NCBI GenBank assembly: GCA_964016885.1
Contig: OZ024740.1
Span: 421,228,001-421,292,000 of the forward strand
DNA: 64,000 nt
Reading direction: 5' to 3'
Source: Eledone cirrhosa
Taxonomy: Eukaryota
The notes under the pieces are model-generated. The model did not search any database and was not told the DNA's origin. It saw only the letters and a list, made by a program, of their open reading frames with translations. Of this stretch, positions 47,131 through 61,453 are shown one piece after another. How positions within the stretch are numbered: position 1 is the stretch's first letter; every line of letters begins with the position of its first letter. A program made the position numbers and the translations under genes.

Positions 47131-50100
47131 ATACAAGGGGGGAGTCTCCAACCCCACATTAGTATACTAAACTACAAGGGGAGTCTCCAACCCCACATTA
47201 GTATACTAAACTACAAGGGGAGTCTCCAGTCCCACAGTTAGTATACTAAACTACAAGGGAGTCTCCAGTCCCACAGTTAGTATACTAAACTATAAGAGAG
47301 GCTCCAGTCCCACAGTTAGTATACTAAACTACAAGAGGAGTCTCCAGTCCCACAGTTAGTATACTAAACTACAAGAGAGTCTCCAGTCCAACAGTTAGTA
47401 TACTAAACTACAAGGGGAGTCTCCAGTCCCACAGTTAGTATACTAAACTATAAGAGAGGCTCCAGTCCCACAGTTAGTATACTAAACTACAAGAGGAGTC
47501 TCCAGTCCCACAGTTAGTATACTAAACTATAAGAGAGGCTCCAGTCCCACAGTTAGTATACTAAACTACAAGGGAGTCTCAGGTCCCACAGTTAGTATAC
47601 TAAACTACAAGGGAGTCTTAGGTCCCACAGTTAGTATACTAAACTACAAGGGAGTCTCAGGTCACACAGTTAGTATACTAAACTACAAGGGAGTCTCAGG
47701 TCCCACAGTTAGTATACTAAACTACAAGGGGAGTCTCCAGTCCCACAGTTAGTATACTAAACTATAAGAGAGGCTCCAACCCCACATTAGTATACTAAAC
47801 TACAAGGGGAGTCTCCAGTCCCACAGTTAGTATACTAAACTACAAGGGAGTCTCCAGTCCCACAGTTAGTATACTAAACTACAAAGGGAGTCTCCAGTCC
47901 CACAGTTAATATACTAAACTATAAGAGAGGCTCCAACCCCACATTAGTATACTAAACTACAAGGGGAGTCTCCAGTCTCACAGTTAGTATACTAAACTAC
48001 AAGGGAGTCTCCAGTCCCACAGTTAGTATACTAAACTACAAGAGAGGCTCCAGTCCCACAGTTAGTATACTAAACTACAAGAGGAGTCTCCAGTCCCCCA
48101 GTTAGTATACTAAACTACACGGGGAGTCTCCAGTCCCACAGTTAGTATACTAAACTACAAGGGAGTCTCCAGTCCCACAGTTAGTATACTAAACTACAAG
48201 AGAGGCTCCAGTCCCACAGTTAGTATACTAAACTACAAGGGGAGTCTCCAGTCCCACAGTTAGTATACTAAACTACAAGGGGAGTCTCCAGTCCCACAGT
48301 TAGTATACTAAACTACAAGGGGAGTCTCCAGTCCCACAGTTAGTATACTAAACTACAAGGGAGTCTCAGGTCCCACAGTTAGTATACTAAACTACAAGGG
48401 GAGTCTCCAGTCCAACAGTTAGTATACTAAACTACAAGGGGAGTCTCCAGTCCCACAGTTAGTATACTAAACTACAAGGGAGTCTCCAGTCCCACAGTTA
48501 GTATACTAAACTACAAGGGAGTCTCCAGTCCCACAGTTAGTATACTAAACTACAAGAGAGGCTCCAGTCCCACAGTTAGTATACTAAACTACAAGGGGAG
48601 TCTCCAGTCCCACAGTTAGTATACTAAACTACAAGGGGAGTCTCCAGTCCCACAGTTAGTATACTAAACTACAAGGGGAGTCTCCAGTCCCACAGTTAGT
48701 ATACTAAACTACAAGGGGAGTCTCCAGTCCCACAGTTAGTATACTAAACTACAAGGGAGTCTCAGGTCCCACAGTTAGTATACTAAACTACAAGGGGAGT
48801 CTCCAGTCCAACAGTTAGTATACTAAACTACAAGGGGAGTCTCCAGTCCCACAGTTAGTATACTAAACTACAAGGGAGTCTCCAGTCCCACAGTTAGTAT
48901 ACTAAACTACAAGGGAGTCTCCAGTCCCACAGTTAGTATACTAAACTACAAGAGAGGCTCCAGTCCCACAGTTAGTATACTAAACTACAAGGGGAGTCTC
49001 CAGTCCCACAGTTAGTATACTAAACTACAAGGGGAGTCTCCAGTCCCACAGTTAGTATACTAAACTACAAGGGGAGTCTCCAGTCCCACAGTTAGTATAC
49101 TAAACTACAAGGGAGTCTCAGGTCCCACAGTTAGTATACTAAACTACAAGGGGAGTCTCCAGTCCAAGAGTTAGTATACTAAACTACAAGGGAGTCTCCA
49201 GTCCCACAGTTAGTATACTAAACTACAAGGGAGTCTCCAGTCCCACAGTTAGTATACTAAACTACAAGAGAGGCTCCAGTCCCACAGTTAGTATACTAAA
49301 CTACAAGGGGAGTCTCCAGTCCCACAGTTAGTATACTAAACTACAAGGGGAGTCTCCAATCCCACAGTTAGTATACTAAACTACAAGGGAGTCTCCAGTC
49401 CCACAGTTAGTATACTAAACTACAAGGGAGTCTCCAGTCCCACAGTTAGTATACTAAACTATAAGAGAGGCTCCAACCCCACATTAGTATACTAAACTAC
49501 AAGGGGAGTCTCCAGTCCCACAGTTAGTATACTAAACTACAAGGGAGTCTCCAGTCCCACAGTTAGTATACTAAACTACAAGGGAGTCTCCAGTCCCACA
49601 GTTAGTATACTAAACTACAAGGGGAGTCTCCAGTCCCACAGTTAGTATACTAATACTAAACTACAAAGGAGTCTCCAGTCCCACAGTTAGTATACTAAAC
49701 TACAAGGGAGTCTCCAGTCCCACAGTTAGTATACTAAACTACAAGAGAGGCTCCAGTACCACAGTTAGTATACTAAACTACAAGGGGAGTCTCCAGTCCC
49801 ACAGTTAGTATACTAAACTACAAGGGGAGTCTCCAGTCCCACAGTTAGTATACTAAACTACAAGGGAGTCTCCAGTCCCACAGTTAGTATACTAAACAAC
49901 AAGGGAGTCTCCAGTCCCACAGTTAGTATACTAAACTACAAGGGAGTCTCCAGTCCCACAGTTAGTATACTAAACTACAAGGGAGTCTCCAGTCCCACAG
50001 TTAGTATACTAAACTACCAGGGAGTCTCCAGTCCCACAGTTAGTATACTAAACTACAAGAGAGGCTCCAGTCCCACAGTTAGTATACTAAACTACAAGGG

Positions 50101-53100
50101 AGTCTCAGGTCCCACAGTTAGTATACTAAACTACAAGGGGAGTCTCCAGTCCCACAGTTAGTATACTAAACTACAAGAGAGGCTCCAGTCCCACAGTTAG
50201 TATACTAAACTACAAGGGAGTCTCAGGTCCCACAGTTAGTATACTAAACTACAAGGGAGTCTCAGGTCCCACAGTTAGTATACTAAACTACAAGGGGAGT
50301 CTCCAGTACCACAGTTAGTATAATAAACTACAAGGGGAGTATCCAGTCCCACAGTTAGTATACTAAACTACAAGGGGAGTCTCCAGTCCCACAGTTAGTA
50401 TACTAAACTACAAGGGGAGTCTCCTGTCCCACAGTTAGTATACTAAACCACAAGGGAGTCTCCAGTCCCACAGTTAGTATACTAAACTACAAGGGAGTCT
50501 CAGGTCCCACAGTTAGTATACTAAACTATAAGGGGAGTCTCCAGTCACACAGTTAGTATACTAAACTACAAGGGAGTCTCAGGTCCCACAGTTAGTATAC
50601 TAAACTACAAGGGGAGTCTCCAGTCCCACAGTTAGTATAATAAACTACAAGGGGAGTCTCCAGTCCCACAGTTAGTATACTAAACTACAAGGGAGTCTCC
50701 AGTCCCACAGTTAGTATACTAAACTACAAGGGAGTCTCCAGTCCCACAGTTAGTATACTAAACTATAAGAGAGGCTCCAGTCCCACAGTTAGTATACTAA
50801 ACTACAAGGGGAGTCTCCAGTCCCACAGTTAGTATACTAAACTATAAGAGAGGCTCCAGTCCCACAGTTAGTATACTAAACTACAAGGGGAGTCTCCAGT
50901 CCCACAGTTAGTATACTAAACTACAAGAGAGGCTCCAGTCCCACAGTTAGTATACTAAACTACAAGGGAGTCTCAGGTCCCACTGTTAGTATACTACACT
51001 ACAAGGGGAGTCTCAGGTCCCACAGTTAGTATACTAAACTACAAGGGAGTCTTAGGTCCCACAGTTAGTATACTAAACTACAAGGGGAGTCTCCAGTCCC
51101 ACAGTTAGTATACTAAACTATAAGAGAGGCTCCAACCCCACATTAGTATACTAAACTACAAGGGGAGTCTCCAGTCCCACAGTTAGTATACTAAACTACA
51201 AGGGGAGTCTCCAGTCCCACAGTTAATATACTAAACTATAAGAGAGGCTCCAACCCCACATTAGTATACTAAACTACAAGGGGAGTCTCCAGTCCCACAG
51301 TTAGTATACTAAACTACAAGGGAGTCTCCAGTCCCACAGTTAGTATACTAAACTACAAGAGAGGCTCCAGTCCCACAGTTAGTATACTAAACTACAAGGG
51401 GAGTCTCCAGTCCCCCAGTTAGTATACTAAACTACAAGGGAGTCTCCAGTCCCACAGTTAGTATACTAAACTACCAGGGAGTCTCCAGTCCCACAGTTAG
51501 TATACTAAACTACAAGAGAGGCTCCAGTCCCACAGTTAGTATACTAAACTATAAGAGAGGCTCCAACCCCACATTAGTATACTAAACTACAAGGGGAGTC
51601 TCCAGTCCCACAGTTAGTATACTAAACTACAAGGGAGTCTCCAGTCCCACAGTTAGTATACTAAACTACAAGAGAGGCTCCAGTCCCACAGTTAGTATAC
51701 TAAACTACAAGGGGAGTCTCCAGTCCCACAGTTAGTATACTAAACTACAAGGGGAGTCTCCAGTCCCACAGTTAGTATACTAAACTACAAGGGGAGTCTC
51801 CAGTCCCACAGTTAGTATACTAAACTACAAGGGAGTCTCAGGTCCCACAGTTAGTATACTAAACTACAAGGGAGTCTCCAGTCCCACAGTTAGTATACTA
51901 AACTACAAGAGAGTCTCCAGTCCAACAGTTAGTATACTAAACTACAAGGGGAGTCTCCAGTCCAACAGTTAGTATACTAAACTACAAGAGAGGCTCCAGT
52001 CCCACAGTTAGTATACTAAACTACAAGGGGAGTCTCCAGTCCAACAGTTAGTATACTAAACTACAAGGGGAGTCTCCAGTCCCACAGTTAGTATACTAAA
52101 CTACAAGGGAGTCTCCAGTCCCAGTTAGTATACTAAACTACAAGGGAGTCTCCAGTCCCACAGTTAGTATACTAAACTACAAGAGAGGCTCCAGTCCCAC
52201 AGTTAGTATACTAAACTACAAGGGGAGTCTCCAGTCCCACAGTTAGTATACTAAACTACAAGGGGAGTCTCCAGTCCCACAGTTAGTATACTAAACTACA
52301 AGGGGAGTCTCCAGTCCCACAGTTAGTATACTAAACTACAAGGGAGTCTCAGGTCCCACAGTTAGTATACTAAACTACAAGGGGAGTCTCCAGTCCAACA
52401 GTTAGTATACTAAACTACAAGGGAGTCTCCAGTCCCACAGTTAGTATACTAAACTACAAGGGAGTCTCCAGTCCCACAGTTAGTATACTAAACTACAAGG
52501 GGAGTCTCCAATCCCACAGTTAGTATACTAAACTACAAGGGAGTCTCCAGTCCCACAGTTAGTATACTAAACTACAAGGGGAGTCTCCAATCCCACAGTT
52601 AGTATACTAAACTACAAGAGAGGCTCCAGTCCCACAGTTAGTATACTAAACTACAAGGGGAGTCTCCAGTCCAACAGTTAGTATACTAAACTACAAGGGA
52701 GTCTCCAGTCCCACAGTTAGTATACTAAACTACAAGAGAGGCTCCAGTCCCACAGTTAGTATACTAAACTACAAGGGGAGTCTCCAATACCACAGTTAGT
52801 ATACTAAACTACAAGGGAGTCTCCAGTCCCACAGTTAGTATACTAAACTACAAGGGAGTCTCCAGTCCCACAGTTAGTATACTAAACTATAAGAGAGGCT
52901 CCAACCCCACAGTTAGTATACTAAACTACAAGGGGAGTCTCCAGTCCCACAGTTAGTATACTAAACTACAAGGGGAGTCTCCAGTCCCACAGTTAGTATA
53001 CTAAACTACAAGAGAGGCTCCAGTCCCACAGTTAGTATACTAAACTACAAGGGGAGTCTCCAGTCCCACAGTTAGTATACTAAACTACAAGGGAGTCTCC

Positions 53101-56100
53101 AGTCCCACAGTTAGTATACTAAACTACAAGGGAGTCTCCAGTCCCACAGTTAGTATACTAAACTACAAGGGGAGTCTACAGTCCCACAGTTAGTATACTA
53201 AACTACAAAGGAGTCTCCAGTCCCACAGTTAGTATACTAAACTACAAGGGAGTCTCCAGTCCCACAGTTAGTATACTAAACTACAAGAGAGGCTCCAGTC
53301 CCACAGTTAGTATACTAAACTACAAGGGGAGTCTCCAGTCCAACAGTTAGTATACTAAACTACAAGGGAGTCTCCAGTCCCACAGTTAGTATACTAAACT
53401 ACAAGGGAGTCTCAGGTCCCACAGTTAGTATACTAAACTACAAGGGGAGTCTCCAGTCCAACAGTTAGTATACTAAACTACAAGGGGAGTCTCCAGTCCC
53501 ACAGTTAGTATACTAAACTACCAGGGAGTCTCCAGTCCCACAGTTAGTATACTAAACTACAAGGGGAGTCTCCAGTCCCACAGTTAGTATACTAAACTAC
53601 AAGGGGAGTCTCCAGTCCCACAGTTAGTATACTAAACTACAAGGGAGTCTCAGGTCCCACAGTTAGTATACTAAACTACAAGGGGAGTCTCCAGTCCCAC
53701 AGTTAGTAAAATAAACTACAAGGGGAGTCTCCAGTCCCACAGTTAGTATACTAAACTACCAGGGAGTCTCCAGTCCCACAGTTAGTATACTAAACTACAA
53801 GGGGAGTCTCCAGTCCCACAGTTAGTATACTAAACTACAAGGGGAGTCTCCAGTCCCACAGTTAGTATACTAAACTACAAGGGAGTCTCCAGTCCCACAG
53901 TTAGTATACTAAACTACAAGGCAGTCTCCAGTCCCACAGTTAGTATACTAAACTATAAGAGAGGCTCCAGTCCCACAGTTAGTATACTAAACTACAAGGG
54001 GAGTCTCCAGTCCCACAGTTAGTATACTAAACTATAAGAGAGGCTCCAGTCCCACAGTTAGTATACTAAACTACAAGGGGAGTCTCCAGTCCCACAGTTA
54101 GTATACTAAACTACAAGAGAGGCTCCAGTCCCACAGTTAGTATACTAAACTACAAGGGAGTCTCAGGTCCCACTGTTAGTATACTACACTACAAGGGGAG
54201 TCTCAGGTCCCACTGTTAGTATACTAAACTACAAGGGAGTCTCAGGTCCCACTGTTAGTATACTACACTACAAGGGGAGTCTCAGGTCCCACAGTTAGTA
54301 TACTAAACTACAAGGGAGTCTTAGGTCCCACAGTTAGTATACTAAACTACAAGGGAGTCTCAGGTCACACAGTTAGTATACTAAACTACAAGGGAGTCTC
54401 AGGTCCCACAGTTAGTATACTAAACTACAAGGGGAGTCTCCAGTCCCACAGTTAATATACTAAACTATAAGAGAGGCTCCAACCCCACATTAGTATACTA
54501 AACTACAAGGGGAGTCTCCAGTCCCACAGTTAGTATACTAAACTACAAGGGAGTCTCCAGTCCCACAGTTAGTATACTAAACTACAAGGGAGTCTCCAGT
54601 CCCACAGTTAGTATACTAAACTACAAGGGAGTCTCCAGTCCCACAGTTAGTATACTAAACTACAAGGGGAGTCTCCAGTCCCACAGTTAGTATACTAATA
54701 CTAAACTACAAAGGAGTCTCCAGTCCCACAGTTAGTATACTAAACTACAAGGGAGTCTCCAGTCCCACAGTTAGTATACTAAACTACAAGAGAGGCTCCA
54801 GTCCCACAGTTAGTATACTAAACTACAAGGGGAGTCTCCAGTCCCACAGTTAGTATACTAAACTACAAGGGGAGTCTCCAGTCCCACAGTTAGTATACTA
54901 AACTACAAGGGGAGTCTCCAGTCCCACAGTTAGTATACTAAACTACAAGGGAGTCTCAGGTCCCACAGTTAGTATACTAAACTACAAGGGGAGTCTCCAG
55001 TCCAACAGTTAGTATACTAAACTACAAGGGGAGTCTCCAGTCCCACAGTTAGTATACTAAACTACAAGGGAGTCTCCAGTCCCACAGTTAGTATACTAAA
55101 CTACAAGGGAGTCTCCAGTCCCACAGTTAGTATACTAAACTACAAGAGAGGCTCCAGTCCCACAGTTAGTATACTAAACTACAAGGGGGGTCTCCAGTCC
55201 CACAGTTAGTATACTAAACTACAAGGGGAGTCTCCAGTCCCACAGTTAGTATACTAAACTACAAGGGGTGTCTCCAGTCCCACAGTTAGTATACTAAACT
55301 ACAAGGGGAGTCTCCAGTCCCACAGTTAGTATACTAAACTACAAGGGAGTCTCAGGTCCCACAGTTAGTATACTAAACTACAAGGGGAGTCTCCAGTCCA
55401 ACAGTTAGTATACTAAACTACAAGGGGAGTCTCCAGTCCCACAGTTAGTATACTAAACTACAAGGGAGTCTCCAGTCCCACAGTTAGTATACTAAACTAC
55501 AAGGGAGTCTCCAGTCCCACAGTTAGTATACTAAACTACAAGAGAGGCTCCAGTCCCACAGTTAGTATACTAAACTACAAGGGGAGTCTCCAGTCCCACA
55601 GTTAGTATACTAAACTACAAGGGGAGTCTCCAGTCCCACAGTTAGTATACTAAACTACAAGGGGAGTCTCCAGTCCCACAGTTAGTATACTAAACTACAA
55701 GGGAGTCTCAGGTCCCACAGTTAGTATACTAAACTACAAGGGGAGTCTCCAGTCCAACAGTTAGTATACTAAACTACAAGGGAGTCTCCAGTCCCACAGT
55801 TAGTATACTAAACTACAAGGGAGTCTCCAGTCCCACAGTTAGTATACTAAACTACAAGAGAGGCTCCAGTCCCACAGTTAGTATACTAAACTACAAGGGG
55901 AGTCTCCAGTCCCACAGTTAGTATACTAAACTACAAGGGGAGTCTCCAATCCCACAGTTAGTATACTAAACTACAAGGGAGTCTCCAGTCCCACAGTTAG
56001 TATACTAAACTACAAGGGAGTCTCCAGTCCCACAGTTAGTATACTAAACTATAAGAGAGGCTCCAACCCCACATTAGTATACTAAACTACAAGGGGAGTC

Positions 56101-59100
56101 TCCAGTCCCACAGTTAGTATACTAAACTACAAGGGAGTCTCCAGTCCCACAGTTAGTATACTAAACTACAAGGGAGTCTCCAGTCCCACAGTTAGTATAC
56201 TAAACTACAAGGGGAGTCTCCAGTCCCACAGTTAGTATACTAATACTAAACTACAAAGGAGTCTCCAGTCCCACAGTTAGTATACTAAACTACAAGGGAG
56301 TCTCCAGTCCCACAGTTAGTATACTAAACTACAAGAGAGGCTCCAGTCTCACAGTTAGTATACTAAACTACAAGGGGAGTCTCCAGTCCAACAGTTAGTA
56401 TACTAAACTACAAGGGAGTCTCCAGTCCCACAGTTAGTATACTAAACTACAAGGGAGTCTCAGGTCCCACAGTTAGTATACTAAACTACAAGGGGAGTCT
56501 CCAGTCCAACAGTTAGTATACTAAACTACAAGGGGAGTCTCCAGTCCCACAGTTAGTATACTAAACTACAAGGGAGTCTCCAGTCCCACAGTTAGTATAC
56601 TAAACTACAAGGGAGTCTCCAGTCCCACAGTTAGTATACTAAACTACAAGAGAGGCTCCAGTCCCACAGTTAGTATACTAAACTACAAGGGAGTCTCCAG
56701 TCCCACAGTTAGTATACTAAACTACAAGGGAGTCTCCAGTCCCACAGTTAGTATACTAAACTACAAGGGAGTCTCCAGTCCCACAGTTAGTATACTAAAC
56801 TACAAGAGAGGCTCCAGTCCCACAGTTAGTATACTAAACTACAAGAAGAGTCTCCAGTCCCACAGTTAGTATACTAAACTACAAGGGAGTCTCAGGTCCC
56901 ACAGTTAGTATACTAAACTACAAGGGGAGTCTCCAGTCCAACAGTTAGTATACTAAACTACAAGGGAGTCTCCAGTCCCACAGTTAGTATACTAAACTAC
57001 AAGGGAGTCTCCAGTCCCACAGTTAGTATACTAAACTACAAGAGAGGCTCCAGTCCCACAGTTAGTATACTAAACTACAAGGGGAGTCTCCAGTCCCACA
57101 GTTAGTATACTAAACTACAAGGGAGTCTCCAGTCCCACAGTTAGTATACTAAACTACAAGGGGAGTCTCCAGTCCCACAGTTAGTATACTAAACTACAAG
57201 GGGAGTCTCCAGTCCCACAGTTAGTATACTAAACTACAAGGGGAGTCTCCAGTCCCACAGTTAGTATACTAAACTACAAGGGAGTCTCAGGTCCCACAGT
57301 TAGTATACTAAACTACAAGGGGAGTCTCCAGTCCAACAGTTAGTATACTAAACTACAAGGGGAGTCTCCAGTCCCACAGTTAGTATACTAAACTACAAGG
57401 GAGTCTCCAGTCCCACAGTTAGTATACTAAACTACAAGGGAGTCTCCAGTCCCACAGTTAGTATACTAAACTACAAGAGAGGCTCCAGTCCCACAGTTAG
57501 TATACTAAACTACAAGGGGAGTCTCCAGTCCCACAGTTAGTATACTAAACTACAAGGGGAGTCTCCAGTCCCACAGTTAGTATACTAAACTACAAGGGGA
57601 GTCTCCAGTCCCACAGTTAGTATACTAAACTACAAGGGGAGTCTCCAGTCCCACAGTTAGTATACTAAACTACAAGGGAGTCTCAGGTCCCACAGTTAGT
57701 ATACTAAACTACAAGGGGAGTCTCCAGTCCAACAGTTAGTATACTAAACTACAAGGGGAGTCTCCAGTCCCACAGTTAGTATACTAAACTACAAGGGAGT
57801 CTCCAGTCCCATAGTTAGTATACTAAACTACAAGGGAGTCTCCAGTCCCACAGTTAGTATACTAAACTACAAGAGAGGCTCCAGTCCCACAGTTAGTATA
57901 CTAAACTACAAGGGGAGTCTCCAGTCCCACAGTTAGTATACTAAACTACAAGGGGAGTCTCCAGTCCCACAGTTAGTATACTAAACTACAAGGGGAGTCT
58001 CCAGTCCCACAGTTAGTATACTAAACTACAAGGGAGTCTCAGGTCCCACAGTTAGTATACTAAACTACAAGGGGAGTCTCCAGTCCAACAGTTAGTATAC
58101 TAAACTACAAGGGAGTCTCCAGTCCCACAGTTAGTATACTAAACTACAAGGGAGTCTCCAGTCCCACAGTTAGTATACTAAACTACAAGAGAGGCTCCAG
58201 TCCCACAGTTAGTATACTAAACTACAAGGGGAGTCTCCAGTCCCACAGTTAGTATACTAAACTACAAGGGGAGTCTCCAATCCCACAGTTAGTATACTAA
58301 ACTACAAGGGAGTCTCCAGTCCCACAGTTAGTATACTAAACTACAAGGGAGTCTCCAGTCCCACAGTTAGTATACTAAACTATAAGAGAGGCTCCAACCC
58401 CACATTAGTATACTAAACTACAAGGGGAGTCTCCAGTCCCACAGTTAGTATACTAAACTACAAGGGAGTCTCCAGTCCCACAGTTAGTATACTAAACTAC
58501 AAGGGAGTCTCCAGTCCCACAGTTAGTATACTAAACTACAAGGGGAGTCTCCAGTCCCACAGTTAGTATACTAATACTAAACTACAAAGGAGTCTCCAGT
58601 CCCACAGTTAGTATACTAAACTACAAGGGAGTCTCCAGTCCCACAGTTAGTATACTAAACTACAAGAGAGGCTCCAGTCCCACAGTTAGTATACTAAACT
58701 ACAAGGGGAGTCTCCAGTCCAACAGTTAGTATACTAAACTACAAGGGAGTCTCCAGTCCCACAGTTAGTATACTAAACTACAAGGGAGTCTCAGGTCCCA
58801 CAGTTAGTATACTAAACTACAAGGGGAGTCTCCAGTCCAACAGTTAGTATACTAAACTACAAGGGGAGTCTCCAGTCCCACAGTTAGTATACTAAACTAC
58901 AAGGGAGTCTCCAGTCCCACAGTTAGTATACTAAACTACAAGGGAGTCTCCAGTCCCACAGTTAGTATACTAAACTACAAGAGAGGCTCCAGTCCCACAG
59001 TTAGTATACTAAACTACAAGGGAGTCTCCAGTCCCACAGTTAGTATACTAAACTACAAGGGAGTCTCCAGTCCCACAGTTAGTATACTAAACTACAAGGG

Positions 59101-59643
59101 AGTCTCCAGTCCCACAGTTAGTATACTAAACTACAAGAGAGGCTCCAGTCCCACAGTTAGTATACTAAACTACAAGGGGAGTCTCCAGTCCCACAGTTAG
59201 TATACTAAACTACAAGGGAGTCTCAGGTCCCACAGTTAGTATACTAAACTACAAGGGGAGTCTCCAGTCCAACAGTTAGTATACTAAACTACAAGGGAGT
59301 CTCCAGTCCCACAGTTAGTATACTAAACTACAAGGGAGTCTCCAGTCCCACAGTTAGTATACTAAACTACAAGAGAGGCTCCAGTCCCACAGTTAGTATA
59401 CTAAACTACAAGGGGAGTCTCCAGTCCCACAGTTAGTATACTAAACTACAAGGGAGTCTCCAGTCCCACAGTTAGTATACTAAACTACAAGGGGAGTCTC
59501 CTGTCCCACAGTTAGTATACTAAACTACAAGGGAGTCTCCAGTCCCACAGTTAGTATACTAAACTACAAGGGGAGTCTCCAGTCCCACAGTTAGTATACT
59601 AAACTACAAGGGAGTCTCCAGCTCCACAATTAGTATACTAAAC
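47131..59643. repeat. 39/40-bp tandem satellite, ~315 copies (12.5 kb), filling most of one WDR19 intron
   Basis: Unit actacaagg(g)gagtctccagtcccacagttagtatactaa with the 12-bp palindrome TTAGTATACTAA; few recurring variants. Confidence 0.98.
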
Positions 59644-60137
59644 TCATTACTACAGTGTTCCGAGTCAAATGCTCAAACCAAACAAAGAGAACAGCCTCAG
59701 TTGTAGTCAGTGGGCATCTTAGCATTATATGGCCTGTCTTTCTGAAGCACTTTTAACATCCTCTAATGATTTAGCTGAAAATATTTTTATAAATGTAGTT
59801 TGTTAATTCAAATGTTTATAGTATCTTACTACCAGACAGATCTTTGTGAAAATTTACAATAATTTTTATTGTGCTGTTTTGTAGATAGTATCAGCAATGG
59901 AAAGACTAATGGAAACATTGTTTCCTTGGTCTGATTTGACAAATTCCACCTTCTTGCTCGGTAAGTGAATGAGGTCTGGGATTGTGTCAATCATTTCCAT
60001 GCCATACCATGCAAGAGTGTCATGCTAATAAGTTTTCATGTGGTATGGGATGTTAAGAGTTAATATGTAGTTCTGAAAATGTGTTGTTTAGATCTAGAAG
60101 ATAAGAGTGATGATGGTTTTTAAAGAATGAAACTAAC

Positions 60138-60247
60138 CTGGTCGTAATGTTTACTGAGAATAAAGAACTTGCCAGCCCAGAAATGGTTCTGTTCTCCAGC
60201 AAAGTAAACAGCAACATTTTGGTAGATCTCTGGGGAAGCATCAGTAC
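60138..60247 (-). CDS. WDR19: WDR19 exon: (G)TDASPEIYQNVAVYFAGEQNHFWAGKFFILSKHYDQ
   Basis: 110 bp, AG/GT flanks, phases fit both neighbours, YQ..A.YF.GE....AGKFF motif. Confidence 0.94.
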
Positions 60248-61050
60248 CTAAAAACAAACACATGTGGTGATGATGATGATGATGATCATTTCAGACTTCT
60301 CTAGTTGTTGTTGTTGTTATTTAATCCCATATAAGCACTTATTGAGGAACATTACGATCAAAGACATTCCTTCTGTGACCATCCCCCACTTTTGGAGACG
60401 TGGATATTTCAAGATTATGACCTGAACTCTTTCAAGTCTAAAGTAAATTCCTTCCTTTCATCATAACTTCTTCTCCTTCACAGTCCCCCGTTACACTAAG
60501 TGGCTGCCTTGTTTGGGACTTCCAAGATAAAAAGAAAAAAAATCATAGCAAGGAAAAATTATTTTCAAAGTTGAATCTTCTTTATATTAATTTATTGATT
60601 TCTAATTTAGACACACGACCCAGGAAATTTTGGGGAAGAACAAAGTTGATTAAATCCCCAATGGTACTTGACTGCTACTTTATTGACCTCGAAAGGATGA
60701 AAAGCAAAGATGACCTTGGTGGGATTTGAACTCAGATTGCAAAAGCCAAAAGAAATACTGTAATGTCATTTTATCCAATGCTCTGCCAATTCTCCCAATC
60801 CACCATCCTCTTCTTTTTATTAACCCTAACTAAACATTTAATGTATTAACCTTATTCAACTTTTCCCCCAATCAAGGAAATGTAGACTAAACTATAAACT
60901 ATACAAGAAGGTCACTGTTGTGGGCAATGCTAGGTCAGAGGACCATGCCTTGCTCATACAGAATTAATTTTGGCTTGGTTTAAAAAATAGTAACAAAGCT
61001 ATATAAGTAAAATGGCTACAATTTACTGTCAGATAGCAAAGGTAACTTAC

Positions 61051-61175
61051 CAATGATTCTAGCATAGATTTCCATGGCGTCGTGCATCTGAGCCATTTGG
61101 AAGGCTTCATCATTGCACCCAGATACAACTAAAAACTCAATGGCTGTATTAAAGTCATCCAACTTCTGAAAGAAT
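61051..61175 (-). CDS. WDR19: WDR19 exon: (Q)[41 protein letters not shown](G)
   Basis: 125 bp, AG/GT flanks, AI.FLV.S.CN.EAF..AQ.H..MEIYA.IIG motif. Confidence 0.96.
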
Positions 61176-61251
61176 CTAATATTCAAAAAAATATTATGTA
61201 GTGTCATTGAAAAGTGTCAGGTAAAATAATAAATATAAACAAATATAAATA

Positions 61252-61453
61252 TAGGAAGGTTGGCTGAAAAGTTCACAGGCTGACTATGAAGGAGTGATGC
61301 TAAAGCTGTGAAATCTTGCATGCATTAATTTCAACTCTTCTTATTAATAACTGCATTGTTACTTTCCAGGGACTATGTTGAAAAATAAACCTCATTTGGT
61401 CATTTCATGAGAATGTCTTGGTCAGACTATGAACTTTTCAGCCGACCCTCATA
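61252..61453. mobile_element. mariner-type MITE, most complete copy
   Basis: TA-flanked ~30-bp TIRs. Confidence 0.82.

Noticed and set aside
47131-59643. CRISPR-like look (palindromic constant part plus variable part, ~40-bp period)
   Set aside because: No unique spacers; the variable part is a few point variants of one sequence; no cas genes; eukaryotic intron.
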